Source of the DNA: an uncultured Lachnospiraceae bacterium
GTDB taxonomy: Bacteria; Bacillota; Clostridia; Oscillospirales; CAG-272
Length of the DNA: 64,000 nt
Direction: 5' to 3'
Assembly: GCA_964525525.1 (NCBI GenBank)
Contig: CAZGHD010000001.1
Span: forward strand, 5,288 to 69,287
In this document: piece by piece, positions 27,744 to 35,842 of the stretch
Layout: every line of letters starts with the position of its first letter
Numbering within the stretch: position 1 is the first letter of the stretch
The notes under the pieces: generated by a model
What the model was told of the DNA's origin: nothing
The model's input: only the letters and a program-made list of their open reading frames with translations
The model's database searches: none
Translations under genes and position numbers: made by a program

Positions 27744-28301
27744 TTATTTTATCTTTTTTCCGTCAGAGAACGCCTGACCGACCTTTTCACCGAAATTCCA
27801 GTATGCGTGCGTTGCGCCGTCGTATATGATGGGGTCGAGCTTCTTTGCGTCGATGGCGCCGTTTTCGTCAAGGATGCTCTCGTCGGCAGAGACGTTCACT
27901 ATCTCGCCTATGCATATACCGTCCTCATTGAATTTGATGAGTTTGCACTCTACCGTCATCGGCAGTTCCTTGATTATCGGTGCGTTGACGTGTTCGCTTT
28001 TCGCTGCGTTAAAGCCTGCGCGCGCGAATTTATCGGGAACGTCGTTTGCGGAAACGATACCCACGTAGTCACACTGCTCAACCGTTCCTACCGTAGCGAA
28101 GCTGACCGTAAATGCGCCTGTTTCTTTTATGTTTTCGGTAGTTTTGTGGTCGTCTGACAGGCATATTATTATTTTGTTCGTGTCGTACATTCCGCCCCAC
28201 GCCGCGTTCATCGCGTTAGGTGTACCCGATTTGTCATAGGTGCCTATTATAAGCACGGGCATAGGGTAAAGCCACGATTGTGCTCCAAAATCTTTACGCA
28301 T
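27744..28301 (-). CDS. Flavin reductase-like FMN-binding split-barrel protein
   Basis: The pattern YPMPVLIIGTYD..PNAMNAAWGG is typical of the flavin reductase-like domain. Confidence 0.75.
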   Translation of the reverse strand: MRKDFGAQSWLYPMPVLIIGTYDKSGTPNAMNAAWGGMYDTNKIIICLSDDHKTTENIKETGAFTVSFATVGTVEQCDYVGIVSANDVPDKFARAGFNAAKSEHVNAPIIKELPMTVECKLIKFNEDGICIGEIVNVSADESILDENGAIDAKKLDPIIYDGATHAYWNFGEKVGQAFSDGKKIK

Positions 28302-28412
28302 AATTTTCGTTCTCCTTTGATTTTATATTATAAAATCAGTATATCATGAAACCGCGTAAAATTCAATTGGTTTTTATAAAATATTATTTATGCTTCAAGC
28401 ACCCCTGTGATT

Positions 28413-29711
28413 TCACATATCCTTATCGCCTGTGGCGGGATTGTTTATCAGTTCTCCGCTTTCGGTAAAGCGCGATCCGTGGCAGGGGCAGTCCCACGAA
28501 TGCTCGTCGGGGTTGTACTTCAGGGCACATCCGAGATGCGGACAACGAGGGGTCGTCGGTGTTAAAAGTCCTACCAAAGATTCAAACGTATTTACAGCAA
28601 GCTGAGGTCTTAAAATACTTCGCGACGGTGAGAATACCGAGGCGTATTCGTTGCTTTTACCGCGCACCAAATCAGAAAGTATAATGGCGGATACCATTGA
28701 TGATGTCATTCCCCATTTGTTAAAACCCGTTGCTACGTACAGGTCAGGGGTGCTTTTTGAGTACTGCCCGATGTACGGAACACCGTCCAGCGTCATGCAG
28801 TCCTGCGTTGCCCATCTGCCGGCGATTTTCGCCGCCGGATAATGTGTGCTTGAAAAATCTTCAAGCTCGCGCCAATTGCCACCCGCTTTTCCCGTGCGGT
28901 GCGCCCCTCCGCCGAGCAATAGCAGGTCTCCGTAACCTCGAAAAGACAGACCTTTCTTATCGTCGTCAACGTACATTCCGTTCGGGATCTGAGTGCCGTC
29001 TATGGCGATTACGTACGAACGGTGCTGATACATTTTCAAAAAATATCCGCCGTGCTTGTTCAGCGTTGGGAAGTGTGTGGCGATTATCATCTTTTTGCAG
29101 GTGATTTCACCGTTTTCCGTTATCGCTCGGTTTGGCATCAGCTCTAACACCTTTGTGTTTTCGTATATCGGGAGTTCTTTTGCGAGCGCGTATGCGAATT
29201 TCAACGGATGAAACTGCGCCTGATCTTTTACGCGTACAGCTCCTGCAACCTTGATCGGAATATCGACGGAATCACAAAATTCTGCCCTGAAACCGAGGTG
29301 TTTCAGCGCACAGACCTCTTTTTCTATCTTTGCGCGGTCATCAAGCGAATAAACGTACGAATCTTTTATCTCATAACCGCACCGAATTTCTTGACACAAG
29401 CGTGCGTATTCCTCGCACGCCTTTATTTGTGCGTTCAGATACAGGCGTGCTTTTTCTTGCCCGAACTCTTTTATCAGCTTGTCATATATCAGTCCGTGCT
29501 GAAGCGTGATCTTCGCAGTAGTGTTTTCGGTAACGCCGCTACATATATTTTTTGCCTCAAGCAACACGCAGTCAACTCCGGCTTTTTTCAGCATATACGC
29601 ACACAGAATACCCGCCATGCCTCCGCCGATTATCAGCACGTCGGTGTTGAGGCTTTTGTTAAGTTTATCAAAATTTGTACGGTTTACGTTTTCTGTCCAA
29701 ATAGAATTCAT
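28413..29711 (-). CDS. FAD-dependent oxidoreductase with a C-terminal Rieske 2Fe-2S domain (YhfW-like)
   Basis: N-terminal dinucleotide fold VLIIGGGMAGILCAY. C-terminal CPHLGC..x..CPCHGSRF Rieske motif. Confidence 0.8.
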   Translation of the reverse strand: MNSIWTENVNRTNFDKLNKSLNTDVLIIGGGMAGILCAYMLKKAGVDCVLLEAKNICSGVTENTTAKITLQHGLIYDKLIKEFGQEKARLYLNAQIKACEEYARLCQEIRCGYEIKDSYVYSLDDRAKIEKEVCALKHLGFRAEFCDSVDIPIKVAGAVRVKDQAQFHPLKFAYALAKELPIYENTKVLELMPNRAITENGEITCKKMIIATHFPTLNKHGGYFLKMYQHRSYVIAIDGTQIPNGMYVDDDKKGLSFRGYGDLLLLGGGAHRTGKAGGNWRELEDFSSTHYPAAKIAGRWATQDCMTLDGVPYIGQYSKSTPDLYVATGFNKWGMTSSMVSAIILSDLVRGKSNEYASVFSPSRSILRPQLAVNTFESLVGLLTPTTPRCPHLGCALKYNPDEHSWDCPCHGSRFTESGELINNPATGDKDM

Positions 29712-29837
29712 TTTATCACATCCCCCGAGTGTTATTGTTCCCCAAAAATAAAAAATGATAATTGTTTGCCCGAGTGATATTGATTTTTTTGCCGTTTGAT
29801 GATATACTTTAAAAAAAGTTTGTGTGGGGTGTGGTCA

Positions 29838-30611
29838 ATGAAAATAGGAATTTGCACCGGAATAGAAAATATAAAATACGCAAAAGAATGCGGTTACGAT
29901 TTTTTTGAGGGAGGATTTTGGGGACTTGCGACGATGTCGGATCAAGAGTTTCACGACTACGTCCGCGAGTGCGAGAGGGTAGATCTGCCTGCGTATTCTT
30001 TTAACGGTTATATTTCGGGTGACGTAGATATTTATTCGGACGGTGTGCTGTCATATCTCGAGCCGATTCTCGAGAAAGGATTCGAACGCGCGGCATCTAT
30101 CGGCGGCAGAAACGCCGTTTTCGGAAGCGGCGGGGCAAGACGGATTCCCGATGGCGTTGACCGTGAGTTTGCACGCCGCAGATTTGTTGAGATCTTGGCA
30201 CTTTCCGGCGATATTGCAGCAAAGTACAATATGACCCTGACGGTGGAACCGCTAAACTCAAATGAAACTAATTTTATAAACACCGTCGGTGAGGGCGCGG
30301 AGCTGGCAAGGCTTAGCGGCAGAGATAACGTGGGTGTGCTTGTAGATTTTTACCACTTTACCTGCGAAAATGAGAACGATGATGCGCTGATCCCTGTAGC
30401 AGACGTACTTTATCACGTGCATATCGCAACTCCGAGACCGAGCCGCGGAATTCCCGAGGAGGAGGATATTCCCACAGTCAAAAAGTGGGCAAAGATGCTG
30501 TCTGACATTGGGTATAAAGGTCTTGTCTCGCTTGAGTGCAACCACGACGGAGATAGAGCAGAGAGTTACGGACGCGCAAAGAAAATGCTTGATATATTCA
30601 AAGAAAATTGA
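29838..30611 (+). CDS. Sugar phosphate isomerase/epimerase (xylose-isomerase-like TIM barrel)
   Basis: MKIGICTG start, plus EPLN and the LVDFYH..HVHIA metal-ligand pattern. Start set at the internal ATG at 29838. Confidence 0.7.
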   Translation: MKIGICTGIENIKYAKECGYDFFEGGFWGLATMSDQEFHDYVRECERVDLPAYSFNGYISGDVDIYSDGVLSYLEPILEKGFERAASIGGRNAVFGSGGARRIPDGVDREFARRRFVEILALSGDIAAKYNMTLTVEPLNSNETNFINTVGEGAELARLSGRDNVGVLVDFYHFTCENENDDALIPVADVLYHVHIATPRPSRGIPEEEDIPTVKKWAKMLSDIGYKGLVSLECNHDGDRAESYGRAKKMLDIFKEN

Positions 30612-30616
30612 TAAAG

Positions 30617-30644
30617 GGGCTGTCTCACTAACGTGAGGCAGCCC
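30617..30644. terminator. Bidirectional intrinsic terminator
   Basis: 12-bp stem GGGCTGTCTCAC/GTGAGGCAGCCC (one G-U pair) with a 4-nt loop, followed by a T-rich tract. Confidence 0.7.
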
Positions 30645-30648
30645 ACCT

Positions 30649-31365
30649 TTATTTCTTCTTTATGATTATCAGCGCGTATATCAGCGGTACGATGGTGAGA
30701 AAGACAGACAGCAATATATCTTGAAGCGGCGGGAGCGTGTCCGTGTTTGAGAGGACGCTGAGTGCGTTAAAAACGCCGTGCGTTAATATCTGCGGAATAA
30801 GACTTCCGCTTTTTATGAACATAATAACGAATAGAAATCCAATCGCGGCGGCGTAGCATATCTGGCAGATATTTGACGTAAGGCTCGCACCGCTGCCGTT
30901 GATAAGATTGATTATATGTCCCGCACCGAATGTGAGCGAGGATACGATAACGGCGGCGCGGATACCGTCTTTTTTCATGGCGCAGAAAAGCAATCCTCTG
31001 AAGATGATCTCCTCAAGAAATCCTACGCATAGCATACTGCATACGAAAAATACAGACTCGGGCATAGGGAACCCTATGTTTATTCCAAACCATAGGTTTG
31101 TCGAGATAATTATTATAAGAGGAATATAAAACAAGAAATTAGATGAACGTGTACTTGCCTTGCATATTCCGTAATTTTTAAGAAGATTGTTTCTGCTTAA
31201 CCACATCATAATAACCGCGGTTATTATGATGTGAAAAATAAGAGTTACCAGCTTTTTTACGCCGATCGCATCGGAAATGCTCTCGGCAATGCTCGTGCCG
31301 ACAACGTACACGATTATCCATAGAATGGCAAATGCAAGCTCGCTTTTTTTATATAATTTAGTCAT
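30649..31365 (-). CDS. CPBP-family intramembrane glutamic endopeptidase (CAAX protease / Abi-like)
   Basis: EEIIFRG, FGAGH and HGVFN motifs in a multi-TM protein. Confidence 0.85.
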   Translation of the reverse strand: MTKLYKKSELAFAILWIIVYVVGTSIAESISDAIGVKKLVTLIFHIIITAVIMMWLSRNNLLKNYGICKASTRSSNFLFYIPLIIIISTNLWFGINIGFPMPESVFFVCSMLCVGFLEEIIFRGLLFCAMKKDGIRAAVIVSSLTFGAGHIINLINGSGASLTSNICQICYAAAIGFLFVIMFIKSGSLIPQILTHGVFNALSVLSNTDTLPPLQDILLSVFLTIVPLIYALIIIKKK

Positions 31366-31371
31366 TTTAAG

Positions 31372-32028
31372 TCACAGCTTTCTTCCGATTATTATCGTTG
31401 TTCCGCCTATGCGAAAGAGCTGTTCGATGTTTATGAAACCTGATGTTTCAAACATATTGATCTGATTTTCGATAGAGCATGGGGTGTCGTAATGGTAAAA
31501 CTCATCTGCTCCTATCCCAAGTTCTGCGCGCAGGCGCGCGTTTTCGAAAAAGAAAAAGCTTTCTTCCTCGTTCGTTTCTACCATATAGTCACATTCAACG
31601 TAACAGCCGCCCGCGCGGAGGGAGGAGTATATTTTTTTGTAGAGTGAGACCTTGCGTTCTTTTGAAAAATGGTGCATCGTTTCAAACGATACGACGCAGT
31701 CAAAAGCGTTCTCCCCGAGCGGTACTGAGAAATAATCTCCGCAGATGAGATCAAGACTTTTATCTATATGCTTTGATTTGAGCATCTCAAGCATCTCTTT
31801 TGTGAGGTCTATTCCGGTTACTTTCAGACTCGGAAAACGCTTGAATATCTCGTCAAGCTCAAGTCCCGTTCCGCAACCGAGATCGAGCAGAGTGCGTGTG
31901 TTCTCGGGAATAAGCTCTGCCATTTTGAGATACCCCTCACGGCAACCCTCAACGTTGTTTAACATATGCTCGTCGTACCCGTCAGCACGCGCGGCAAAAA
32001 AATCTGCCATCCGTTCAAGCTCCATCAC
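31372..32028 (-). CDS. Class I SAM-dependent methyltransferase
   Basis: LLDLGCGTG motif I and a downstream acidic loop. Confidence 0.8.
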   Translation of the reverse strand: MMELERMADFFAARADGYDEHMLNNVEGCREGYLKMAELIPENTRTLLDLGCGTGLELDEIFKRFPSLKVTGIDLTKEMLEMLKSKHIDKSLDLICGDYFSVPLGENAFDCVVSFETMHHFSKERKVSLYKKIYSSLRAGGCYVECDYMVETNEEESFFFFENARLRAELGIGADEFYHYDTPCSIENQINMFETSGFINIEQLFRIGGTTIIIGRKL

Positions 32029-32139
32029 ACGTCACCTCACTTTTTTTATAATTATATCACAGTGCGGTGGGAGATTGCAATATGTTTCCGTATGTGTTAT
32101 AATTATAAAAATACGTATAATCCAAAGTTGGAGGTACTT

Positions 32140-33234
32140 ATGAAAAAAGTTAAGATAACCGCGATGAGAAGATCGGTGTATTCCGATCTGATAGAAAAAT
32201 ATGAAAACCCGATAGAGCATGCCTGCGACGTTGAAATAGGTAAGGAATTTGTTTCGGTGAACGGTGAAAAGCCTGACGGACTTTGCTCTGCCGCGTGGGA
32301 ATCTATCAAGAATTTCGTGTCGGTTTTGGCACACGGAGGCGGCAATTTTTATGACGGCTGGATGAAAAACGAAAAGTCCGCTATGGTATCCTGCAACGAC
32401 GGATTCAGACCTGTCAGCTTTCTTGTTGAAGCAATCGAGCCGCCGTGCGAACTCGAGCAAAAGCTCGAGCAAATAAGAGAAAAATCCGCGCGCGGGGAAG
32501 AGATAAAAATCCTTTTTGTCGGCGACAGCCTAACGTATTACAACGATATGCCGATGATATTTGAAGCGCTCGCCCGCTCCGCGCATAAAAACGTACGCGC
32601 GGACTCGATAACCAAAGGCGGGCACGGAATCTATAGGATGCAGACCCTCCCCGACTTCTGGGAAAAGGTTATCGCCAAAATACGCTCACAGGACTGGGAT
32701 ATAGTCGTTTATCAGCCGTCAAGAAATTTCCCTATAATGACCGAATTTTTCCCGGATTATCCGGGCAAAGAGTTAAGAGCGGCGCGGCGTGAGGTCGAGA
32801 TAATAAAAGAGATAGGCGCGCTTCCGCTCCAGTATTCGACGTTTGGGGTAAACAAAGGCTCGGTCACGAGAAAAGAGTGTACAAAGGTCATGACCAGACG
32901 CGAGCATACAGACCTCGTTACCGCATTTAACGCGGCGGTAGCGGAAAAGCTCGGAGAGCGCGCGGTGTACGTGGGCGAGGTGTTTAACCAAGCTATCGAG
33001 AAATATCCGGAGATAAATTTCTATCACACCGACGAAGTGCACCCGTCCTATGCGGGAAGCTACGCTATTGCCTCGGCTTTCTATACCGTTATTTTCGGCG
33101 AGACGGCAAAGGACGTGGAATACACAGGCGAGCTTGACGCGGAAACTGCCGAAAAACTCCGTGACGCAGCATCCGTGCTCCTGTCGTTTGAGCCTGCACA
33201 TAAAGCGGTTATTGATGAAACAATCGAAAAGTAA
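32140..33234 (+). CDS. Fusion protein: N-terminal TIGR04076-like domain and C-terminal SGNH/GDSL hydrolase
   Basis: The N-terminus MKKVKITAMRRSVYSDLIEKYENPIEHACDV..GLCSAAWESI resembles the TIGR04076 family as I recall it. ILFVGDSLTYYND is SGNH block I. Start set at the ATG at 32140 after GGAGGT. Confidence 0.65.
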   Translation: MKKVKITAMRRSVYSDLIEKYENPIEHACDVEIGKEFVSVNGEKPDGLCSAAWESIKNFVSVLAHGGGNFYDGWMKNEKSAMVSCNDGFRPVSFLVEAIEPPCELEQKLEQIREKSARGEEIKILFVGDSLTYYNDMPMIFEALARSAHKNVRADSITKGGHGIYRMQTLPDFWEKVIAKIRSQDWDIVVYQPSRNFPIMTEFFPDYPGKELRAARREVEIIKEIGALPLQYSTFGVNKGSVTRKECTKVMTRREHTDLVTAFNAAVAEKLGERAVYVGEVFNQAIEKYPEINFYHTDEVHPSYAGSYAIASAFYTVIFGETAKDVEYTGELDAETAEKLRDAASVLLSFEPAHKAVIDETIEK

Positions 33235-33239
33235 AATTT

Positions 33240-33295
33240 AATCCCCCGGCGAGACCAAGTTTTTGCTCAAACTTGTTTGACCTCGTCGGGGGATT
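33240..33295. terminator. Long bidirectional hairpin terminator between convergent genes
   Basis: Outer stem AATCCCCCGGCGAG/CTCGTCGGGGGATT plus inner stem CAAGTTT/AAACTTG. Confidence 0.65.
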
Positions 33296-33302
33296 AGATA
33301 TT

Positions 33303-34889
33303 TTATACTTTTGATGCGTTATAGCTGTTATTGATCGAAAGTATTTTTTCGATCGAAAGGCCGTATTTTTCCGAGATGTCGCGGGCGTAGCTTTTACCGT
33401 CGGGCGGACGGCGGCTGACAAGATACGTTCGTTTTCCCTCGTCAATGCCCATTACGAGATTGTCGGCTTTTGACACCGTATTACCGTAAGAATTTATCTC
33501 GGGAACTTTTTGGGAAAGCCCGTGCAGATGCGTTGCTAATACCCCGCGGCAGCCGATAACTGAAAGCGCGGTGAGTATCTCCTGTGCGATCACTTGCGCC
33601 TCGCTGCTGTCTGTGCTTGAGAGAATTTCATCCATGACGATAAGACTGTTTGCGGTTACGTCCTTCATCATTTTTTGAAGACGGGCGCATTCTTCTCCAA
33701 ATCGGCTAAGATCAACGCTGTTTCCCGAATTTGTCGGAAACTGGGTAAATATGCGGTCTGCGGGGCTGATCGAAATACTTTTTGCGGCAATAGGAAGTCC
33801 GAGTCCGAACATAAGCTGGGCTATTCCTATCGCTTTGACAAATATGCTTTTTCCACCTTGATTAGGACCTGTAAGGACGTAAAGCTTTCCGTTTTCGTCA
33901 AAGGTTATGTCATTTAAGACTATCCTGCAGCTTGCGTCAAGACTTCTCAGATCTACCGCATTTACGGGATTGTACAGCCCGTTTGCGTCAAAGCGTTTTT
34001 CTTCTTTTGGGCAGACCTGCGGGGTGCACAGAGGTAATCCCGCCGCGCGTATAGCTCCCAGCATTTTCGCCGCGCGGTTGATGAATTTTACCTCGGGCAG
34101 AAGCTCAACAAAATGCATCGTGCCGATGTTAAAATACGTGTTCAGCATTTTACGCCATGAGCGGAAAGTACCGCCGACTATCTTGGCAATCGTACCGCCG
34201 AATGCTAAGTTCGAGGCTTGACGCTCTTTTTTAGACATAGCTTTTGAAACGGCAGAGAGCGGCGCTAAAGTTGTCATTTCATTTGAGGAGTCCATCCGCA
34301 TAAATCGGGAAAGAATATCGCCCGAACGGAAGTATTCATCATTTATCGAGACGATTCCCGCCTCGTATGGAAACAGGCTTGCATCGAGATTGATTCCCAC
34401 CGTCAGACTGCGGATGTTCTTGACCGAAAACTCAAGCTGACCGATTCCGTCTTTTAAGGCGGTGAATTCTTTGCTTTCGTATATGTCTTTAACGTATCCG
34501 TAAAGGGAGAGCATCGCACGGGAGGATAGAGAACCGTCACACTCCTTTAATCGCGTATATGAATTTATTACGAGCTCGGTATAAAGCTCAACCTCTTTTA
34601 TTGCGTAAAGCTGAGACTCGTTGTCTGATGCGGAATCGGGTATTTTTCGGAGCTCGTCCACGGCTGAAAGCTGTTCGGTAAGATATTCAAACAATTCGGA
34701 CAGTGCAGGGCAGGCGAGAAAGTCGGAAAACAGCTGTTCGCGGTATTCTATCGTTTGTTCGTCATCTGTGAAATACCGTTCCCATTCGAGTCCGAGAGAC
34801 GTGAGAGCGAGCTCGTTTGCCGCATCTCCGAGAGGTAATGCGGAGACCGATTCGCGCCCCGGCGGGTAAAGTAAAGATAAATTTTTCAT
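33303..34889 (-). CDS. MutS-family (domain V) ABC-type ATPase, with no recognisable mismatch-binding or Smr domain
   Basis: Walker A GPNQGGKSIFVKAIG, Walker B LIVMDEILSSTD, then ATHLH. Confidence 0.75.
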   Translation of the reverse strand: MKNLSLLYPPGRESVSALPLGDAANELALTSLGLEWERYFTDDEQTIEYREQLFSDFLACPALSELFEYLTEQLSAVDELRKIPDSASDNESQLYAIKEVELYTELVINSYTRLKECDGSLSSRAMLSLYGYVKDIYESKEFTALKDGIGQLEFSVKNIRSLTVGINLDASLFPYEAGIVSINDEYFRSGDILSRFMRMDSSNEMTTLAPLSAVSKAMSKKERQASNLAFGGTIAKIVGGTFRSWRKMLNTYFNIGTMHFVELLPEVKFINRAAKMLGAIRAAGLPLCTPQVCPKEEKRFDANGLYNPVNAVDLRSLDASCRIVLNDITFDENGKLYVLTGPNQGGKSIFVKAIGIAQLMFGLGLPIAAKSISISPADRIFTQFPTNSGNSVDLSRFGEECARLQKMMKDVTANSLIVMDEILSSTDSSEAQVIAQEILTALSVIGCRGVLATHLHGLSQKVPEINSYGNTVSKADNLVMGIDEGKRTYLVSRRPPDGKSYARDISEKYGLSIEKILSINNSYNASKV

Positions 34890-35194
34890 ATATATATTCC
34901 TAAAGCTTTTAAAATAAATGTCCGCAGAAAAGCGGCGGATATAAAAGATATTACGTTTATAAAGGCGATCATAAAAACTACGGGTATTGCATTGAATCTG
35001 TAATTTTTAACGTATTTCCAAAACAGGAAATACAGATGCCCGACGCGGACGTAAAGCGGAGCGATTACTGCCGCAAGTGCCGCGTGAAAAGATATAAAAT
35101 AAAGCATCGCCGCAAACGAACTGATCGTGATAAATACTTTTAGTATTTTATGCCACGGAACTAAAATATAGTTTATTCTGTCAGGAGTTTCCAT
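34886..35194 (-). CDS. Small 3-TM membrane protein, translationally coupled to the MutS-family gene
   Basis: Hydrophobic 102-aa product. Its stop overlaps the downstream start as ATGA. Confidence 0.5.
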   Translation of the reverse strand: METPDRINYILVPWHKILKVFITISSFAAMLYFISFHAALAAVIAPLYVRVGHLYFLFWKYVKNYRFNAIPVVFMIAFINVISFISAAFLRTFILKALGIYI

Positions 35195-35196
35195 TT

Positions 35197-35316
35197 TTAT
35201 ATTTTGTTTGCCTTTTCAATAAGAGCTTTAAATCTGTCTGTGTCGCGAATGGGCTCAAGGTCGCGGGTGTTCATCTCTTTGCGGAGACGGTATATGGTCT
35301 TTCCTATAGAATGCAT
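35197..35316 (-). CDS. Possible 39-aa ORF (MHSIGKTIYRLRKEMNTRDLEPIRDTDRFKALIEKANKI)
   Basis: Hand-translated. RBS GAGGTGACCGCA precedes the ATG, and the stop lies 2 nt before the next start codon. It resembles the first helix of XRE-type HTH proteins but is too short for a full domain. Confidence 0.3.
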   Translation of the reverse strand: MHSIGKTIYRLRKEMNTRDLEPIRDTDRFKALIEKANKI

Positions 35317-35429
35317 TGCGGTCACCTCGTTTTCTTTATATTATTGCAGTGCTTTAAGAATATTATATCAAACTGAAAATAAAAAGTAAACAGAGAGAAA
35401 GTAGAGAAAAAACCAACGGCGCGTTGAGT

Positions 35430-35815
35430 TAAGTCAAGACCACCAGCCGTGCCGATGGCTTGCACAAGCCCCCTTGGGGTACTTCACATGCTGAGCCTAT
35501 AGGCTCGTCGAATTATCCGTCACTTGCGGTAGTTGCCCTACTACCACAGATGTGGTAACTATATTAAGCCTCCCTTGTGTAAAGGGAGGGGGACCACGAA
35601 GTGGTGGAGGGATTGTAAGGTAAATAATAAATAGAAAACAATCCCTCAGTCAAAAATCAAAGATTTTTGCCAGCTCCCTTTGCACAAGGGCGCCTCCCGC
35701 TGCGGCGGGAACCGTCTAAAGCTAAAGCTTTTTGGCACCACCGGCACTGCCGATGGTTGTGTAGACAATACGATCTCCGCCCAAACGTGCAAAACGTTCG
35801 GGTGGAGAATTTGTT
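35430..35815. ncRNA. Hairpin-dense non-coding region, candidate structured RNA of unknown class
   Basis: About 14 consecutive short perfect or near-perfect hairpins and no credible ORF. The two G-U pairs I found favour the + strand. The last hairpin (35777-35805, GCAAA loop) is followed by AGAATTTGTTT. Confidence 0.3.
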
Positions 35816-35842
35816 TAGTAAAGAGTACCTTAGATTTTGCGA

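Noticed and set aside
35425-35450. AGTCAAGACCACCAGCC resembles the B12-box of cobalamin riboswitches
   Set aside because: The other conserved cobalamin-riboswitch elements (for example the GCCACTG core and the upstream multi-stem junction) are absent. No plus-strand gene lies downstream to be regulated.
35590-35650. CCCTCCACCAC on the minus strand looked like a tmRNA/tRNA-like 3-prime end
   Set aside because: There is no T-arm (GGTTCGAATCC-like) sequence, acceptor pairing or tag reading frame nearby, and no smpB context.
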